Positions 62,456 through 64,000 of a stretch of 64,000 nucleotides of DNA are shown here, piece by piece; the stretch's first letter is position 1, and each line of letters starts with the position of its first letter. The translations under genes were made by a program, and so were the position numbers. The stretch spans positions 45,570,001 to 45,634,000 of the forward strand of contig CAIIXF020000001.1 of the NCBI GenBank assembly GCA_903813345.2, given 5' to 3'. The notes beneath the pieces were generated by a model. That model saw nothing but the letters and a program-made list of their open reading frames with translations. It searched no databases and was not told where the DNA came from. Origin of the DNA: Owenia fusiformis. Taxonomy: Eukaryota.

Positions 62456-64000
62456 TATATTAATACAAGATTAGCGATTCGATTTCTGCTTTCCAAAGTG
62501 CAATGAAAGGTTGTTACAGTTGAAAGTAAATTCTCCCGTTGAGAAAGATCCTACGGCCTACATCAATCAACATTATTTTGTTGATGCAAATCGACGCATG
62601 TTAAACCTAGACTCAACCTAGTTGTTGGGTCCTGTATTCATCGATATCCCATTATTAATGTGTTATTGTGCAATGGCAGCCAGGGATATTTCTGATACTA
62701 TATTGACATCCGTGTCACTGGTCCTTCTATATTTTTATCGTTTTCACCAAAAAGGAGGTCGATTTGTATCCAAATATTTTACCCATGTTAATAGTAACAC
62801 CCGGTTACTTAAAAGTTAATCAGTTACGAGTACACATCCTAGGGCTCCGATAATCGAGTGAGAATTCCTCGCTTCAGCAACCAGAACGTGGTCTTGTTTA
62901 ATAGTTTAATATTTTCTACATGATCATCTCTGAAAAGTTCAACTGTGATTGAGGAGTATGAAAAAATAAGAGCATTTGGTTACTTACTTTCTGATCGGGC
63001 CTCGTATGCACTGGTGTAAAGTATGTGCGTGACAACTTAGATTTTATTTGAAATAAATTCACTGTTTTTTTAACAAAAACTTAAAAAAAACGTTTTTGAA
63101 ATTAAATTGAAAAGTTTCACATTACACATTTTGATAACATTGAGTGAGTAGAACTAATGTTTGCCAAAGTGGTTTAAACTTTATTTGAGGCCTGAGCAGT
63201 AGTAAAATCAGCCCTGTTAACATTATTAAGGTCCAGCTGGATGTTGTAACGATAAGGAGGAAAACATTCCTTACTCATTATTTTCTATTTCAAACAAAGC
63301 AGGTAATTTATGTATAATCACTAGCAATCAATATGAGTCAATTCAAATCGAGATCCAAGAAACATAAAAAATCTTGAAAATAAATAAGTCATTTGAAATA
63401 GAACTCCATCAACTAATTTTTGGGAAACAGGTTAGAATGAGTTACTGTATAATATTATGCAATTAAAGTTCCAACTTATTTTAAATCATATTTTCACAAA
63501 CCTCAAATATTTCAATCTTCTGACAACAAGGTAAAATCAGCATATCAATTTGAAATTCACTTTTTCTGAAACTCTGCCAGATTTGATTGACAGTTACCAT
63601 ATTTGGGCATGAAATTGATGGCCTGTGTTAAAACTGCAAGGTCAAATTGATCCAGTCACTCTCTATGACAATTTAAAAACTGATTTATGGCTAAAAACAA
63701 TCAAATTCTAGCCTTAATTTCTCAGCTAAAATACATTTCTGGCAAAAATGACCTTTCAAACCATTGTTGATCATCCAATATCTATTGATTTGTGAACTTT
63801 TGAATTAAATTGTGTTCATCAAAATGTGATTTTAGCAATGTTTTATCAGACAGTGTTTTCAAAGAGTTTTGAATCAGATTCAGAAGTGTACAATTGGTGG
63901 TTTCAAATACTACTTTTTATAATTTTCTATAATGATAAGGGGAAGAAATTTGAAAAAGAAAAGGGGAGCAGGTGGGTTATAAAGAGAAAGAAGATTGGGA

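Overview
AT-rich, intron-containing eukaryotic genomic DNA, most likely from a marine invertebrate (inference), with two 500-N assembly gaps (12866-13365, 38366-38865). Host genes: (i) a complete 17-exon Raver1/2-type PTB-binding RRM gene on + (43894-55971, about 1062 aa); (ii) the 5' three exons of a divergently transcribed secreted protein on - (signal peptide, CBM2-like module, Thr-rich linker; 40718-39463); (iii) a 377-aa single-coding-exon gene on - (60587-59454); (iv) the last two exons of an unknown gene on + (2635-5035) plus a decayed tandem paralog (about 7993-8435). Mobile DNA dominates the rest. An apparently intact CR1/L2/Crack-group LINE (about 17.3-23.3 kb) has an L1-type ORF1 fused to an IMPACT/YigZ (UPF0029) domain, the most striking item here. 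A 5'-truncated, frameshifted LINE with a 12-bp TSD carries a 2A-like ribosomal-skip motif (DIERNPGP) behind a very hydrophobic leader. There are many nested MITEs with TA, TTA/TAA, 9-bp and 5-bp TSDs. A minisatellite in Raver intron 15 has multiplied the intron/exon-16 junction into 13 intact tandem 3' splice acceptors. All family assignments come from visual motif recognition, not database searches.
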